NCBI GenBank assembly: GCA_964433545.1
Contig: CAYSRJ010000014.1
Location: 10,611-74,610, forward strand
Reading direction: 5' to 3'
Origin: an uncultured Spirochaetota bacterium
GTDB taxonomy: Bacteria; Spirochaetota; B62-G9; DRHN01
DNA: 64,000 bases
Shown here: positions 9,453-19,465 of the stretch, in pieces
Layout: each line of letters begins with the position of its first letter
Position numbering within the stretch: position 1 is the first letter of the stretch
Translations under genes and position numbers: made by a program
The notes under the pieces: generated by a model
Told to the model about the DNA's origin: nothing
The model's database searches: none
The model's input: the letters and a program-made list of their open reading frames with translations, nothing else

Positions 9453-10305
9453 GTTCGGAATTCGGTGGGGTTTTATAATCTTTTTTACACCGGTTTTTCT
9501 CTGGTTATTTATGTTGATCATTTTACCGCATCTTGAGCTTCTCAGAATGTCGTTCATAGGTACCGATTATTACGGGAAATCCGGGTTCACCCTTGAGAAT
9601 TATGGAGGGTTTTTTAAAGAGCCTGTTTACTGGCTTACATATGTAAGAACAACGTTATATTCTATTCTGGTTACATTTATCGTTTTAATTATAGCGCTTC
9701 CGGTTTCCTTCTATGTAACAAAAATTGTAAAAGTGAAATTCCAGGGATTTTTAATGGTTCTCCTGCTGGTCCCATTTTGGGTCAGCGAGCTCATCAGAAT
9801 TTATGGCTGGATAATAATTTTACGCGAAAGTGGAGTGTTGAATTATTTCCTTACCAGAGCGCATATACTAAAACAGCCTTTAGAGATGCTCTATCATGAT
9901 GCGACCATGATTCTTGGGCTGGTGTATACCACCATGTTGTTTATGATCGTTCCAATCATCGGAGTTATGGAGAGCCTCGACGATTCTATCATTGAGGCAG
10001 CCCTTGATCTCGGAGCCAGCAAATTAACAATATGGCGTAAAATTATCATACCGTATTGCATGCCCGGAATTATGTCGGGAAGCATCATTGTTTTCATGCT
10101 GGTTCTTGGCAGTTATCTGACACCGAAGCTGATGGGGGGGAAGAATGCGTTGTGGTTCACGGAGCAGATTTACAACCAGATTATTATTTACTTTAACTGG
10201 AATCAGGGGTCGGCATTCGGTTTCCTGCTCCTGTTTATTTCTTCACTGATAATACTTGCTGCGTTGAAGATTACAGGGCAGAAATTTTCACAGGTAATAA
10301 GATGA
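9436..10305 (+). CDS. ABC transporter permease, PotB/PhnU-like
   Basis: Six-TM permease with an EAA-like loop (EAALDLGASKLTIWRKIIIP). Start chosen at the ATG preceded by AAGAGGA. Confidence 0.8.
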   Translation: MKKSHKFGIRWGFIIFFTPVFLWLFMLIILPHLELLRMSFIGTDYYGKSGFTLENYGGFFKEPVYWLTYVRTTLYSILVTFIVLIIALPVSFYVTKIVKVKFQGFLMVLLLVPFWVSELIRIYGWIIILRESGVLNYFLTRAHILKQPLEMLYHDATMILGLVYTTMLFMIVPIIGVMESLDDSIIEAALDLGASKLTIWRKIIIPYCMPGIMSGSIIVFMLVLGSYLTPKLMGGKNALWFTEQIYNQIIIYFNWNQGSAFGFLLLFISSLIILAALKITGQKFSQVIR

Positions 10306-11159
10306 TACGTACTTTGCCGAACACAAAAGTATATTTAACAGGCTTCAGGATTTTCATAATACTTTATTTTATATTTCTATTTTCACCTCTTTTAGTAACC
10401 ATGGTTCTTGCATTCAATGACTCAATGTTTCCTTCTTTGCCATGGAAAGGCTTTACACTCTCGTGGTTTTTAGGCAAAGGTCCGGACAAAATCGGTATTT
10501 TTCATGATGCGATCAATTTGCGGAGTATTTTTAATTCCTTCAGGGTTGCAATTGCCGTTACCATTCTTTCTACAATTGTCGGGACAATGGCAGCATTTCT
10601 CTTTGAGCAGGAAGATTTCAAGTTTAAGAATATTCTCTATTTCCTCATGCTCGCTCCCATGGTTATACCGGGAGTTATTTTAGGTATATCCCTATTAATG
10701 TTTTCCACTGCTGTGGGTTTGTTTTTTGAAAATGCATTTGGTTGGAATATTAAGATGTTGAGTCCGGGTATATGGCTTGTAGTGATGGGCCAGTTTTCAT
10801 TTATTACCACCATTGTAGCATTGTTTGTTTCTGCACGGTTGAGGAAATTTGACAGAACGCTCGAAGAAGCTGCGTACAACCTTGGGGCAACCAGATTAGA
10901 AGTAATATGGTTTATTACATTGAAGTATCTACGTCCCTCAATTATTGGCGGAGCTGCAGTTGCATTCCTGATGTCCTTTGAGAACTTCAACACAACATTA
11001 TTCCTTGTTGGTTCTGACGCCACCCTGCCCATAAATCTTTACCTGCAAGTACGAGACGGATCAACCCCTGTTATAAATGCGATTGCATTACTGCTCATTA
11101 TTACCACTTCCACCTTAGCAGTTACCAATCTTTATCTGGGTAGAAAGAACCATGAGTGA
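10302..11159 (+). CDS. ABC transporter permease, PotC/PhnV-like
   Basis: EAA-like motif EEAAYNLGATRLEVIWFITL. ATGA overlap with the upstream permease gene. Confidence 0.8.
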   Translation: MIRTLPNTKVYLTGFRIFIILYFIFLFSPLLVTMVLAFNDSMFPSLPWKGFTLSWFLGKGPDKIGIFHDAINLRSIFNSFRVAIAVTILSTIVGTMAAFLFEQEDFKFKNILYFLMLAPMVIPGVILGISLLMFSTAVGLFFENAFGWNIKMLSPGIWLVVMGQFSFITTIVALFVSARLRKFDRTLEEAAYNLGATRLEVIWFITLKYLRPSIIGGAAVAFLMSFENFNTTLFLVGSDATLPINLYLQVRDGSTPVINAIALLLIITTSTLAVTNLYLGRKNHE

Positions 11160-11327
11160 GTGATACGCTCAGTACTATTCAACACAGACTCAAAGAGGTT
11201 TTTTATTTTTTTGAGCACGACTTGCTTTTCGGTTTACATGGTGGTGTGGAGTGGTTTGCATTTTGGGTATCCGGGTGGTTGGTATTATATTCAGATGAAC
11301 CGGGAATTCAAGGGGATAATAATAGAG

Positions 11328-12821
11328 ATGAAAAACCGGTATATCCTCGCCATCGACCAGGGAACAACCGGCACAAAGGCGGTTATATACGATCAAAACG
11401 GCATGCAGGTTGCAGGTGCATACGAAGAGCTTCACCAGTACTACCCGAAACCGGGCTGGGTTGAACACGACCCGATGGAGATCTGGGAGACCGTTGAAAA
11501 TACGATTCATGTCGTTCTGAAAATGATTCCTGTGGAGTCTCTTACAGCGATCGGCATCACCAATCAGCGGGAAACGACAATACTCTGGGACAGGGTAACC
11601 GGGGAGCCTGTTCATAACGCCATCGTGTGGCAGTGCAGAAGGACCTCGGATCGATGCAGTACACTCAAAGGGGTTAAAGAGAAGAGCCGACTTGTCTCAC
11701 TTCGTACGGGCCTTCCGATCGACGCTTATTTTTCAGCGACAAAACTGGAGTGGCTTTTGCAGAATGTTCCCGATGCCCTCCGGGATGCGAAAGATGGAAG
11801 GCTCGCCTTTGGAACACCCGATTCGTGGGTGCTCTGGAAACTGACCGGCGGTGCGGTTCATGCCACGGACTTTACCAATGCCTCTCGCACCATGCTGTTC
11901 AATATCGAAACGCGTACATGGGATGAGGACCTTCTGAAGATGTTCGGCATTCCAATGAAGGTCCTCCCGGATGTCAAAAGATCTTCCGGGGTTTTCGGGA
12001 AGAGCGCCGAAACGGATGTTCTTCCTGCCGGTATTCCAATATCAGGAATGGCTGGCGATCAACAGGCGGCTCTTTTTGGGCAGGCCTGCTTTGATGCGGG
12101 ATCGATAAAAAACACATACGGTACCGGCTGTTTCGTTCTTATGAATACCGGAGTGGTACGCCCCGTTTCAAAATACGGGCTTGCCACAACCCTGGCCTGT
12201 AACGGGAGCGGCAAACCGGTATTTGCGCTAGAGGGTTCTATATTTGTCGCGGGTGCTGCAGTACAGTGGCTTCGTGACGGGTTAAAAATTCTTGGCAGTG
12301 CATCAGAATCAGAACCGATGGCCCGGTCAGTTGAAGATACTGCGGGAATATATTTCGTACCTGCTTTCGTCGGGCTCGGTGCTCCATACTGGGACCCTGA
12401 TGCCCGGGGGAGCATATTCGGGATAACCCGTGGAACGACTCAAAATCATATTGTGCGTGCCGCCCTCGAGGCGATGTGTTACCAGACGAGAGATGTTCTC
12501 GAATCGATGTTGAAAGATACAGGCCTGCATGTTCAGGCTTTAAGGGTTGACGGCGGCGCTGCAGAAAACGATTTTCTCTGCCAGTTTCAGGCGGATATTC
12601 TCGGTATCGATGTAATTAGACCGAGGTGTATAGAGAGTACGTCGTTGGGGGTAGCCTTTCTTGCCGGGCTTGCGATCGGATACTGGGAAGATGCAGACGC
12701 ACTGAAGAGGTGTAGTGTAGTCAACACGCGGTTCTCACCGAGTATTTCACAGGCGGATGCCGACATACTGTACGCCGGTTGGCGGGATGCGGTCGAAAGA
12801 ACACGTTCAAAGATGGGATGA
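11328..12821 (+). CDS. glpK: glycerol kinase
   Basis: MKNRYILAIDQGTTGTKAVIYD and the FGGY-family motifs throughout. ATG at 11328 preceded by AAGGGGA. The ORF-track start at 11160 is an upstream extension. Confidence 0.9.
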   Translation: MKNRYILAIDQGTTGTKAVIYDQNGMQVAGAYEELHQYYPKPGWVEHDPMEIWETVENTIHVVLKMIPVESLTAIGITNQRETTILWDRVTGEPVHNAIVWQCRRTSDRCSTLKGVKEKSRLVSLRTGLPIDAYFSATKLEWLLQNVPDALRDAKDGRLAFGTPDSWVLWKLTGGAVHATDFTNASRTMLFNIETRTWDEDLLKMFGIPMKVLPDVKRSSGVFGKSAETDVLPAGIPISGMAGDQQAALFGQACFDAGSIKNTYGTGCFVLMNTGVVRPVSKYGLATTLACNGSGKPVFALEGSIFVAGAAVQWLRDGLKILGSASESEPMARSVEDTAGIYFVPAFVGLGAPYWDPDARGSIFGITRGTTQNHIVRAALEAMCYQTRDVLESMLKDTGLHVQALRVDGGAAENDFLCQFQADILGIDVIRPRCIESTSLGVAFLAGLAIGYWEDADALKRCSVVNTRFSPSISQADADILYAGWRDAVERTRSKMG

Positions 12822-12956
12822 TGAAGTTTACAGAATCAAATGGCATCTGTGTGACTCAATTCGTGTTTTAGATGTCTTTTTTATCTGCGTGCATGCTGAC
12901 TCACTAGTATATTTTATAGATGTGATGTCAATACAGAGTTGATACACGAAGTCGAT

Positions 12957-12972
12957 TGAATCATGTGATTCA
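12957..12972. promoter_or_regulatory. palindrome TGAATCA-TG-TGATTCA about 50 nt upstream of the class V aminotransferase gene; candidate operator
   Basis: 7-bp perfect inverted arms with a 2-nt spacer, seen in the sequence. Confidence 0.25.
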
Positions 12973-13022
12973 GCCACCGATGCTGGATTTACAGACGACC
13001 TAATTTCATCAAAGAGGAAACT

Positions 13023-14138
13023 ATGAAAAATCTACTGGATAACATCGATGAAGTACTGCTTATGGGTCCGGGGCCTTCCTGCGTTCCGGATGAGGTGTAC
13101 AGGGCTCTCTCATGTAAGACGCTCGGGCATATGGACTACTATTTTATCCGGATCATGGATGAAATCAAAGACCTGCTTCAAAAACTGATGGAGACTCAAA
13201 ACAGCCTGACCCTTGCGGTTTCAGGAACAGGTTCTGCGGGCATGGAGACCTGCTTTGTGAACCTGATAGAGCGGGGGGACAGGGTCCTCATTCTGATAAA
13301 CGGTGTATTCGGCAAGAGGATGGCGGATGTTGCGGACAGGCTCGGGGCACAGGTTGATACGCTCGAGTTCGAGTGGGGAACACCGGTTGTTCCCGATCAG
13401 GTGGCTAAAAAGTTGTCAGGTAAATCATACAAAATTGTGGCGGTCGTTCATGCGGAAACTTCGACAGGGGTAAGAAATCCGGTGGAAGAGATCAGCCGGC
13501 TGGTGAAGGACAGCGAAGCTTTTTATCTGGTGGATTGTGTTACCAGCCTTGGAGGTATACCGGTTGAGGCCGACCGCTGGGGGGTGGATGCTTTGTACAG
13601 CGGTACACAGAAATGCCTGTCCTGCCCTCCGGGCCTTTCGCCCGCGACCTTCTCAAAACGCACTGTTGAATTGATAAAAAACAGGAAGAGCAAGGTTCCC
13701 AACTGGTACCTCGACATGAGCATGATCATTCAGTACTGGGAGGGCAAAAAGCGGGCATATCACCACACCGCACCGATCAATATGCTGTACGGTCTGTACC
13801 AGGCCCTTCTGCTGATCTTTGATGAGGGAATTGACCGGGTGCATCAACGGCACCTTGATGCACACCAGCGGCTCGTAGAAGGGCTGGAGGAACTTGGCAT
13901 GGAAATGCTCGTTCAGCCGGAATACCGTCTGCCCATGCTGAATGCAGTGAAGGTACCTGAAGGGGTTGATGAAGCCAAGGCAAGAAACCAGTTTCGAAAA
14001 GAGCATTTTATCGAGATAGGCGGGGGGCTTGGGCCGCTTGCGGGGAAGATATGGAGAATCGGCCTGATGGGCCACACTGCACGGGAGGAAAACGTCGAAA
14101 GATTGCTTTCTGCTCTGAAAAAAATTCTGAAGCGCTGA
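13023..14138 (+). CDS. class V PLP aminotransferase (alanine-glyoxylate/serine-pyruvate aminotransferase family; could be a 2-aminoethylphosphonate-pyruvate transaminase PhnW-like)
   Basis: LLMGPGPSCVPDEV N-terminus, SGTQKCL PLP-lysine region, 371 aa. Confidence 0.75.
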   Translation: MKNLLDNIDEVLLMGPGPSCVPDEVYRALSCKTLGHMDYYFIRIMDEIKDLLQKLMETQNSLTLAVSGTGSAGMETCFVNLIERGDRVLILINGVFGKRMADVADRLGAQVDTLEFEWGTPVVPDQVAKKLSGKSYKIVAVVHAETSTGVRNPVEEISRLVKDSEAFYLVDCVTSLGGIPVEADRWGVDALYSGTQKCLSCPPGLSPATFSKRTVELIKNRKSKVPNWYLDMSMIIQYWEGKKRAYHHTAPINMLYGLYQALLLIFDEGIDRVHQRHLDAHQRLVEGLEELGMEMLVQPEYRLPMLNAVKVPEGVDEAKARNQFRKEHFIEIGGGLGPLAGKIWRIGLMGHTAREENVERLLSALKKILKR

Positions 14139-14314
14139 ACTGTATCGTCTTGATATAGATAGAAGCAGGTGTAGGGAATATAATTGAATAGCATGGGTCG
14201 GTTGTTCTTATTGTACGTTGAGGTGAAGCTACGCTTTTAAGTAGAGGAAAAAAGCCCTGTGCCCGGTAACAAAACTATTTCTCTGGTGCCCGTACAGTGT
14301 ATTAGCGCCCTTTA

Positions 14315-15586
14315 TTGATTTTGAAGTCTCAGGAAGAGGTACGGCAACTGCAGATTAAATACGTAAGCAATAGATGGCAGATCGTAAAGTCCTTCTACAC
14401 CGGTATCGGAAAATCGGCGGTACTGCTGCCGGCCGCCTTCCTCGTCGCCGCTGGTGTCGGTACTGTGGCCCTGGGTATGATTTTTTACGTGCGCGATGTC
14501 TTTGCAGCAACCCCGTCCCAGGTTGGATATCTTACCGCCCTGTGGTCCCTGAGCTATATCATGGGATGCCTCTTCATCCGCCAGGCATTCAACAGGGTTC
14601 TTCCACGCTTTCTTTTAATCGCTTCCACCTTTTTAATGAGTATGTTTGTGTTGGCTTCGGTTTTGTCACACAGGTTTTTCATGGTATACGTTTTTTACAG
14701 CCTGTGGGGCATTGCGATGTCACTTTTCTGGCCCTTTATTATGGGATGGCTGTCATACGGCATTGAAGGTGCGAAACTTGGCAGGGTATTATCCAACTAC
14801 AACTTTTCCTGGAGTATAGGCACAATAATCAGCCCCTTTCTCGCAGGTATTTTGAGCACGTTCTCCTCGCCACTGCCGCTTTTTTTTGGGAGTTCTCTAT
14901 TTTTCCTTACCTGCGTCTTTATCATCGGAGCCACCCTTACCCTGCCGAAGATCAAAGCTGATCGCTGGATCGAGGCCGCAAAAAAGAGTAACACATCCTT
15001 AAAGGACAGCAGTACACCGCTGAGATTCCCATCCCGGATTGGTTTATTCACGACCTATACGGTGGTTGGCGTGATTCTCAATATCTTTCCGGTTTACGCC
15101 CAGGCCGATCTCGGTGTGAGCAAGAGCCTCGTGGGTCTCATCCTCCAGCAGAGGGCAATCTTCGCGACCGTAGGGTTTATCGTTCTTGGACGAACCTCGT
15201 TCTGGCACTTTAAACCCTCGCAGATGATCGTCGGGCAGATTCTGCTTTCGGCAATGGTTTTCTTGCTTCAATATACGAGTATGCCTTTTCCCCTGGGCAT
15301 ACTGCTTGCCCTTATCGGTATCCTCATGTCGTTGAGCTATTTCAACAGCCTCTTCCACGGTGTATCGGGAAGCATCAACAGGGCGGGGAGGATGGCGATT
15401 CACGAGTCGATACTATCGGCGGGGCTCATAGTCGGGTCTTCAGTCGGCGGAATCCTGTATGAAAAATATGCCATGTCAACTGTATACCAGTTTTGCGCCG
15501 CTCTCGTGTTGATTGGGACAGTCCTGCAAACAGGCCTTGTTTTTAAAATACACGGAAAAGATGCTGTCATGAAAAACAGAAGGTAA
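14315..15586 (+). CDS. MFS transporter
   Basis: About 12 predicted TM helices. TTG start required to include TM1. Substrate unknown. Confidence 0.55.
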   Translation: MILKSQEEVRQLQIKYVSNRWQIVKSFYTGIGKSAVLLPAAFLVAAGVGTVALGMIFYVRDVFAATPSQVGYLTALWSLSYIMGCLFIRQAFNRVLPRFLLIASTFLMSMFVLASVLSHRFFMVYVFYSLWGIAMSLFWPFIMGWLSYGIEGAKLGRVLSNYNFSWSIGTIISPFLAGILSTFSSPLPLFFGSSLFFLTCVFIIGATLTLPKIKADRWIEAAKKSNTSLKDSSTPLRFPSRIGLFTTYTVVGVILNIFPVYAQADLGVSKSLVGLILQQRAIFATVGFIVLGRTSFWHFKPSQMIVGQILLSAMVFLLQYTSMPFPLGILLALIGILMSLSYFNSLFHGVSGSINRAGRMAIHESILSAGLIVGSSVGGILYEKYAMSTVYQFCAALVLIGTVLQTGLVFKIHGKDAVMKNRR

Positions 15587-15909
15587 AGCTCATCTCCGCA
15601 GTATACTGTTGGTGAGCGGCTTCTCTTAGCAACCGCTGATTTGCAAAAAGCGCCCTTATACGAAAAATTTTACAGTGCATCGGGGATTTTTCTAGCAATC
15701 AAGTTTTTTAAAAAAACCTTGACAGGTTTTTCACGGCATGATATCGTTTGCACAATCGTTTTCATACGGAAAACTTCCAACATAGTATAAAAGAGTCTAT
15801 TAATGTGCCATCTGTATTAAAAAATGTATTCACAAAAAAAACATGTAGGTATGTGGCTGTAAGTGGAAGTATTGGAATTGTTTTAATTTGATGGGTAGGA
15901 TTAAATGGT

Positions 15910-16914
15910 ATGCCTTCTATGAAGGATGTTGCCTCTATGGCGGGGGTTTCGACCTCTACAGTATCGAGAGTCATTAATCAAACCATTCCTGTCGACAAAC
16001 AGACTCGATCAAAAGTGCTTGATGCAATTGAAAGTTTAAATTACAGACCAAATCTTCTTGCCAAAGGCCTCAGAGTTAAAAGCGGACAATTAATAGGTTT
16101 GATTTTGCCCGAGATACGAATGCACGCTTTTGTCCAGATCATCAACAGTGTTGAGGAATATGTCGTAAACAGGGGATTCAGCCTCATTATAGGGAATACC
16201 CATAACGATCCTGATATTGAGGAGAAGTTACTCGATAACCTGCTTCGAAGAAATGTCGATGGAATCATTTTTTCACGGTTATCAGATGAAAGCAGAGTTC
16301 TGAATCTCATCAAAAAAAGCAGAGTAAAGGTTGTCGCAATAGATAGAGAGCTTGATGTAAAGGACGTGCCGCACGTAATTCTTGATAACTACGGGGCAGG
16401 GGTAACGGCTGCGCGCCACCTTATCTCGCTCGGTCATAAGAAAATGGCGTGTATCACCGGGCCCCTGAATATTAAACTGTGCAGAGAACGCCTGGCCGGT
16501 TTTTCCGATACAATTAAAGATGAACATTTACAACTTGAAGATAATCAGATCTATGAGGGAAGATTTGACTTTGATTCCGGGTTCAAAGGAGCGGAGCATC
16601 TTCTTTCGCAACACAGCGATATAAGCGCTTTGTGGGCACAAAATGACCTTATGGCAATCGGAGCGTTAAAGGCATTGAAAATACATTCACACCTCGTCCC
16701 TGAGGAGATAGCTCTCATGGGGATGGATAATCTTGAGATCTCACGTATGGTCTCACCGGCTTTAACAACAATCATGCAGCCCTTTGACGAAATGAGCAAG
16801 AAAGCAGTTGAAATTCTTTTCAGTAAAGAAAATAAAGCAGGACAACAGCGAATAATTCTTAAACCCGGGCTTGTTGTGCGGGATTCCACCGTTTTAAATA
16901 GTAGCAAAACATAG
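15910..16914 (+). CDS. LacI family transcriptional regulator
   Basis: N-terminal HTH MKDVASMAGVSTSTVSRVIN and periplasmic-binding-protein-like effector domain. Confidence 0.8.
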   Translation: MPSMKDVASMAGVSTSTVSRVINQTIPVDKQTRSKVLDAIESLNYRPNLLAKGLRVKSGQLIGLILPEIRMHAFVQIINSVEEYVVNRGFSLIIGNTHNDPDIEEKLLDNLLRRNVDGIIFSRLSDESRVLNLIKKSRVKVVAIDRELDVKDVPHVILDNYGAGVTAARHLISLGHKKMACITGPLNIKLCRERLAGFSDTIKDEHLQLEDNQIYEGRFDFDSGFKGAEHLLSQHSDISALWAQNDLMAIGALKALKIHSHLVPEEIALMGMDNLEISRMVSPALTTIMQPFDEMSKKAVEILFSKENKAGQQRIILKPGLVVRDSTVLNSSKT

Positions 16915-16965
16915 TAAAATCAGGCAAGGTTTTAGTAATTTCTTGGATAGAGGAGAAACAATAAG

Positions 16966-18468
16966 TTGTCTGAAGAACCATACATTCTAGAGATGAACAA
17001 TATTTCAAAAGAGTTTCCCGGTGTAAAGGCTCTTGAGGATGTCAGTTTGCGACTCAGAAAGGGAGAAGCCTTCGCACTGGTTGGTGAAAACGGCGCGGGT
17101 AAATCCACGCTTATCAAAATCCTTTCAGGAGTATACAGCAACGATACTGGCGAGGTAATAATAAATGGTCAAATGGTAAACATAAAGGGACCGAAAAATG
17201 CAATTGACCTCGGAATCAACACCATTTATCAGGAAACATCCCTGGTACAGGATATTACAGTTGCGGAAAATATATTTCTTGGAAGACAGCCGCAAACCAG
17301 ATGGGGACGGATTAACTGGAAGGAAATGATTGAGTCTTCCGAGAAAATACTTCGGAATCTTTCTATCCCCCTTTCACCTTTATCGATTGTTGCTGAATTA
17401 TCGGCTGCACAGCAACAGCTTATCGAAATAGCGAAGGCATTTTCCCGTGAAGCGAAAATCATCATCATGGACGAGCCGACCGCATCTATTACCGAGGAGG
17501 ATACGGAAAACCTATTCAACCTTATTCGTCGTATTGTCAAAACGGGGACGTCGATAATCTATATTTCACACAGAATACAGGAGATTTTCGTAATAGCGGA
17601 TATGGTCAAGGTGCTTCGTGACGGTAAGACAGTTAAAACGATGAAGATAAGTGAAACAAACGAAAACGAAATAGTCAAATACATGGTGGGACGCGATATA
17701 GGCAATATCTTCGGCGATAAAAGTTATCAATCAAAAGAAAACATCGTCCTTCAGGTACAAAATCTCACCACATCCGGCGTGTTTGAAAATATCAGTTTTG
17801 ATTTAAAGGAAGGCGAAATTCTCGGCTTTTCCGGTCTCGTTGGGGCCGGCCGCAGTGAAATCGTTCGCGCGATTTTCGGACTTGATGAAATAGAAATCGG
17901 AGAAATATATCTATACGGAAAGAAAATAACTTCCCGAAAACCGGACGATGTTATCAAAATGGGTGTTGCCTTTGTGTCGGAGGACAGAAGGCTGGAAAGT
18001 ATAATTCAGGGTTTCAGTGTAAAGGCAAATATTACTATCCTATTATTAAAAGAAGTGCTTTCGAAACTCAGGCTCATTAAAAGAAAAAAAGAAAATGACC
18101 TCGCTGCGCGCTACGTACGTGAATTCGATATTAAAACACCATCACTGGAACAGCTTGTAATGAATCTAAGCGGGGGTAACCAGCAGAAGGTGGCTCTCGC
18201 AAAGTGCCTTTCAACCAAACCGAAAATTCTCATACTTGATGAACCGACAAAAGGAATCGACGTTGGCGCAAAAAAAGAAATTCATACCCTTATAAAAGAA
18301 CTCGCAAACAGGGGAGTTTCGATTATCCTCGTTTCTTCTGAATTGCCGGAAATCATCGGTATGTGTCACCGCGTTGTCGTAATACACGAGGGAAGGTTGA
18401 TGAAGATATTTGAAAAAGAGGAAATAAACGAAGAAAATCTAATGTATGCAGCGGTCGGGAATATGTGA
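16966..18468 (+). CDS. sugar ABC transporter ATP-binding protein with duplicated ABC domains (RbsA/MglA/XylG-like, CUT2)
   Basis: Aligns along its full length to E. coli RbsA (FPGVKAL, GENGAGKST, second domain LSGGNQQKVALAK). TTG start 10 nt after GAGGAG. Confidence 0.85.
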   Translation: MSEEPYILEMNNISKEFPGVKALEDVSLRLRKGEAFALVGENGAGKSTLIKILSGVYSNDTGEVIINGQMVNIKGPKNAIDLGINTIYQETSLVQDITVAENIFLGRQPQTRWGRINWKEMIESSEKILRNLSIPLSPLSIVAELSAAQQQLIEIAKAFSREAKIIIMDEPTASITEEDTENLFNLIRRIVKTGTSIIYISHRIQEIFVIADMVKVLRDGKTVKTMKISETNENEIVKYMVGRDIGNIFGDKSYQSKENIVLQVQNLTTSGVFENISFDLKEGEILGFSGLVGAGRSEIVRAIFGLDEIEIGEIYLYGKKITSRKPDDVIKMGVAFVSEDRRLESIIQGFSVKANITILLLKEVLSKLRLIKRKKENDLAARYVREFDIKTPSLEQLVMNLSGGNQQKVALAKCLSTKPKILILDEPTKGIDVGAKKEIHTLIKELANRGVSIILVSSELPEIIGMCHRVVVIHEGRLMKIFEKEEINEENLMYAAVGNM

Positions 18469-18484
18469 CAGAGGGTTATACTGA

Positions 18485-19462
18485 ATGAATGTTCAGAAAC
18501 AGCATACTTCTTTTAAGTTTCGACGAAGTCTCGCACGTTTTTTCTTTAACCAGGCAATGCTCATTGTTCTGCTTGTATTTATTATCGGGATGAGTCTTGT
18601 TGCAAAAGATTTTCTAACGGTAGGAAACATTTTTAATATAATTCGACAGATCACCGTACACGGCATTGTGGCGTGCGGCATGACGATCGTTGTAATCGGA
18701 AAAGGTATGGATCTTTCTGCCGCTTCGATTCTTGCCCTGTGCGCAGTCGTCAATGTGATGCTTCAGCCATTCGGTTATCTCGTTGCTATTGTTGCAGCAG
18801 TTGCTGTCGGTTTTATCGCAGGGTTCATCAACGGATATCTCATCGGAAAGGTGAAAGCAAATTTTATAATAGTAACACTGGGAACGTCGATCTTCTATAA
18901 AGGTGTCGCTCTCATTATTTCCGGTGGAAGGAATTTGAAGAGCAGGCCGGAAAGAATATTCCATTTCATCGGTGATGAAAGCCTGTTTGGCATACCGGTA
19001 CTTGCATATTTTCTTGTTGTGACTATGGTTTTTGTGGGAATTCTTCTGCATAAAACAATTTCCGGCAGATGGTTGTATGCTGTCGGTCTGAACGATAGAG
19101 CTGCCCGGGTTGCCGGTATCAATGTTTCGAATGTTGTCATGTGGAGTTATATCATCAACGGATTAATTATTTCGCTGGGCTCTATTGTTCTCACCTCTCG
19201 TTTGCCCAGAATCAGGGTGGGTACCGCTTCAACGTACCTGTTTGATGTAATCACAATTGTCGTTCTCGGTGGGACAGCCCTGTCCGGCGGTGTTGGCGGT
19301 ATTTATAAAACGGCGATCGGACTTTTTATTTTCGCCATTATCAATAACGGTATGGCTCTTCTGTCTATTCCTTTCGAATACCAGCAGTTAATAAAAGGAG
19401 TAATTCTTATTCTTGCTGTGCTGTATGATGAATTCAATAGAAGAAAGAGGTTGATGTATTAA
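18485..19462 (+). CDS. sugar ABC transporter permease (RbsC/AraH family)
   Basis: Polytopic membrane protein with CUT2 permease signature regions. Confidence 0.8.
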   Translation: MNVQKQHTSFKFRRSLARFFFNQAMLIVLLVFIIGMSLVAKDFLTVGNIFNIIRQITVHGIVACGMTIVVIGKGMDLSAASILALCAVVNVMLQPFGYLVAIVAAVAVGFIAGFINGYLIGKVKANFIIVTLGTSIFYKGVALIISGGRNLKSRPERIFHFIGDESLFGIPVLAYFLVVTMVFVGILLHKTISGRWLYAVGLNDRAARVAGINVSNVVMWSYIINGLIISLGSIVLTSRLPRIRVGTASTYLFDVITIVVLGGTALSGGVGGIYKTAIGLFIFAIINNGMALLSIPFEYQQLIKGVILILAVLYDEFNRRKRLMY

Positions 19463-19465
19463 AAA

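Noticed and set aside
11161-11230. Possible terminator or attenuator (T-rich run AGGTTTTTTATTTTTTT) between the last permease gene and glpK
   Set aside because: No convincing GC-rich stem precedes the T-tract, so it is probably just an AT-rich spacer. It cannot be supported as an intrinsic terminator from sequence alone.
11160-11327. ORF-track 5' extension of glpK (MIRSVLFNTDSKRFF...) and overlapping ORF 11156-11464
   Set aside because: The extension is hydrophobic and low-complexity and lacks an RBS. The conserved GlpK N-terminus begins at MKNRYILAIDQGTTG after AAGGGGA. The overlapping frame has no recognisable features.
14374-14766. 130-aa ORF in an alternative frame at the 5' end of the MFS transporter gene (MADRKVLLHRYRKIGG...)
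   Set aside because: Arg-rich, no TM or domain signal. It overlaps the clearly membrane-protein-encoding frame and is a shadow ORF.
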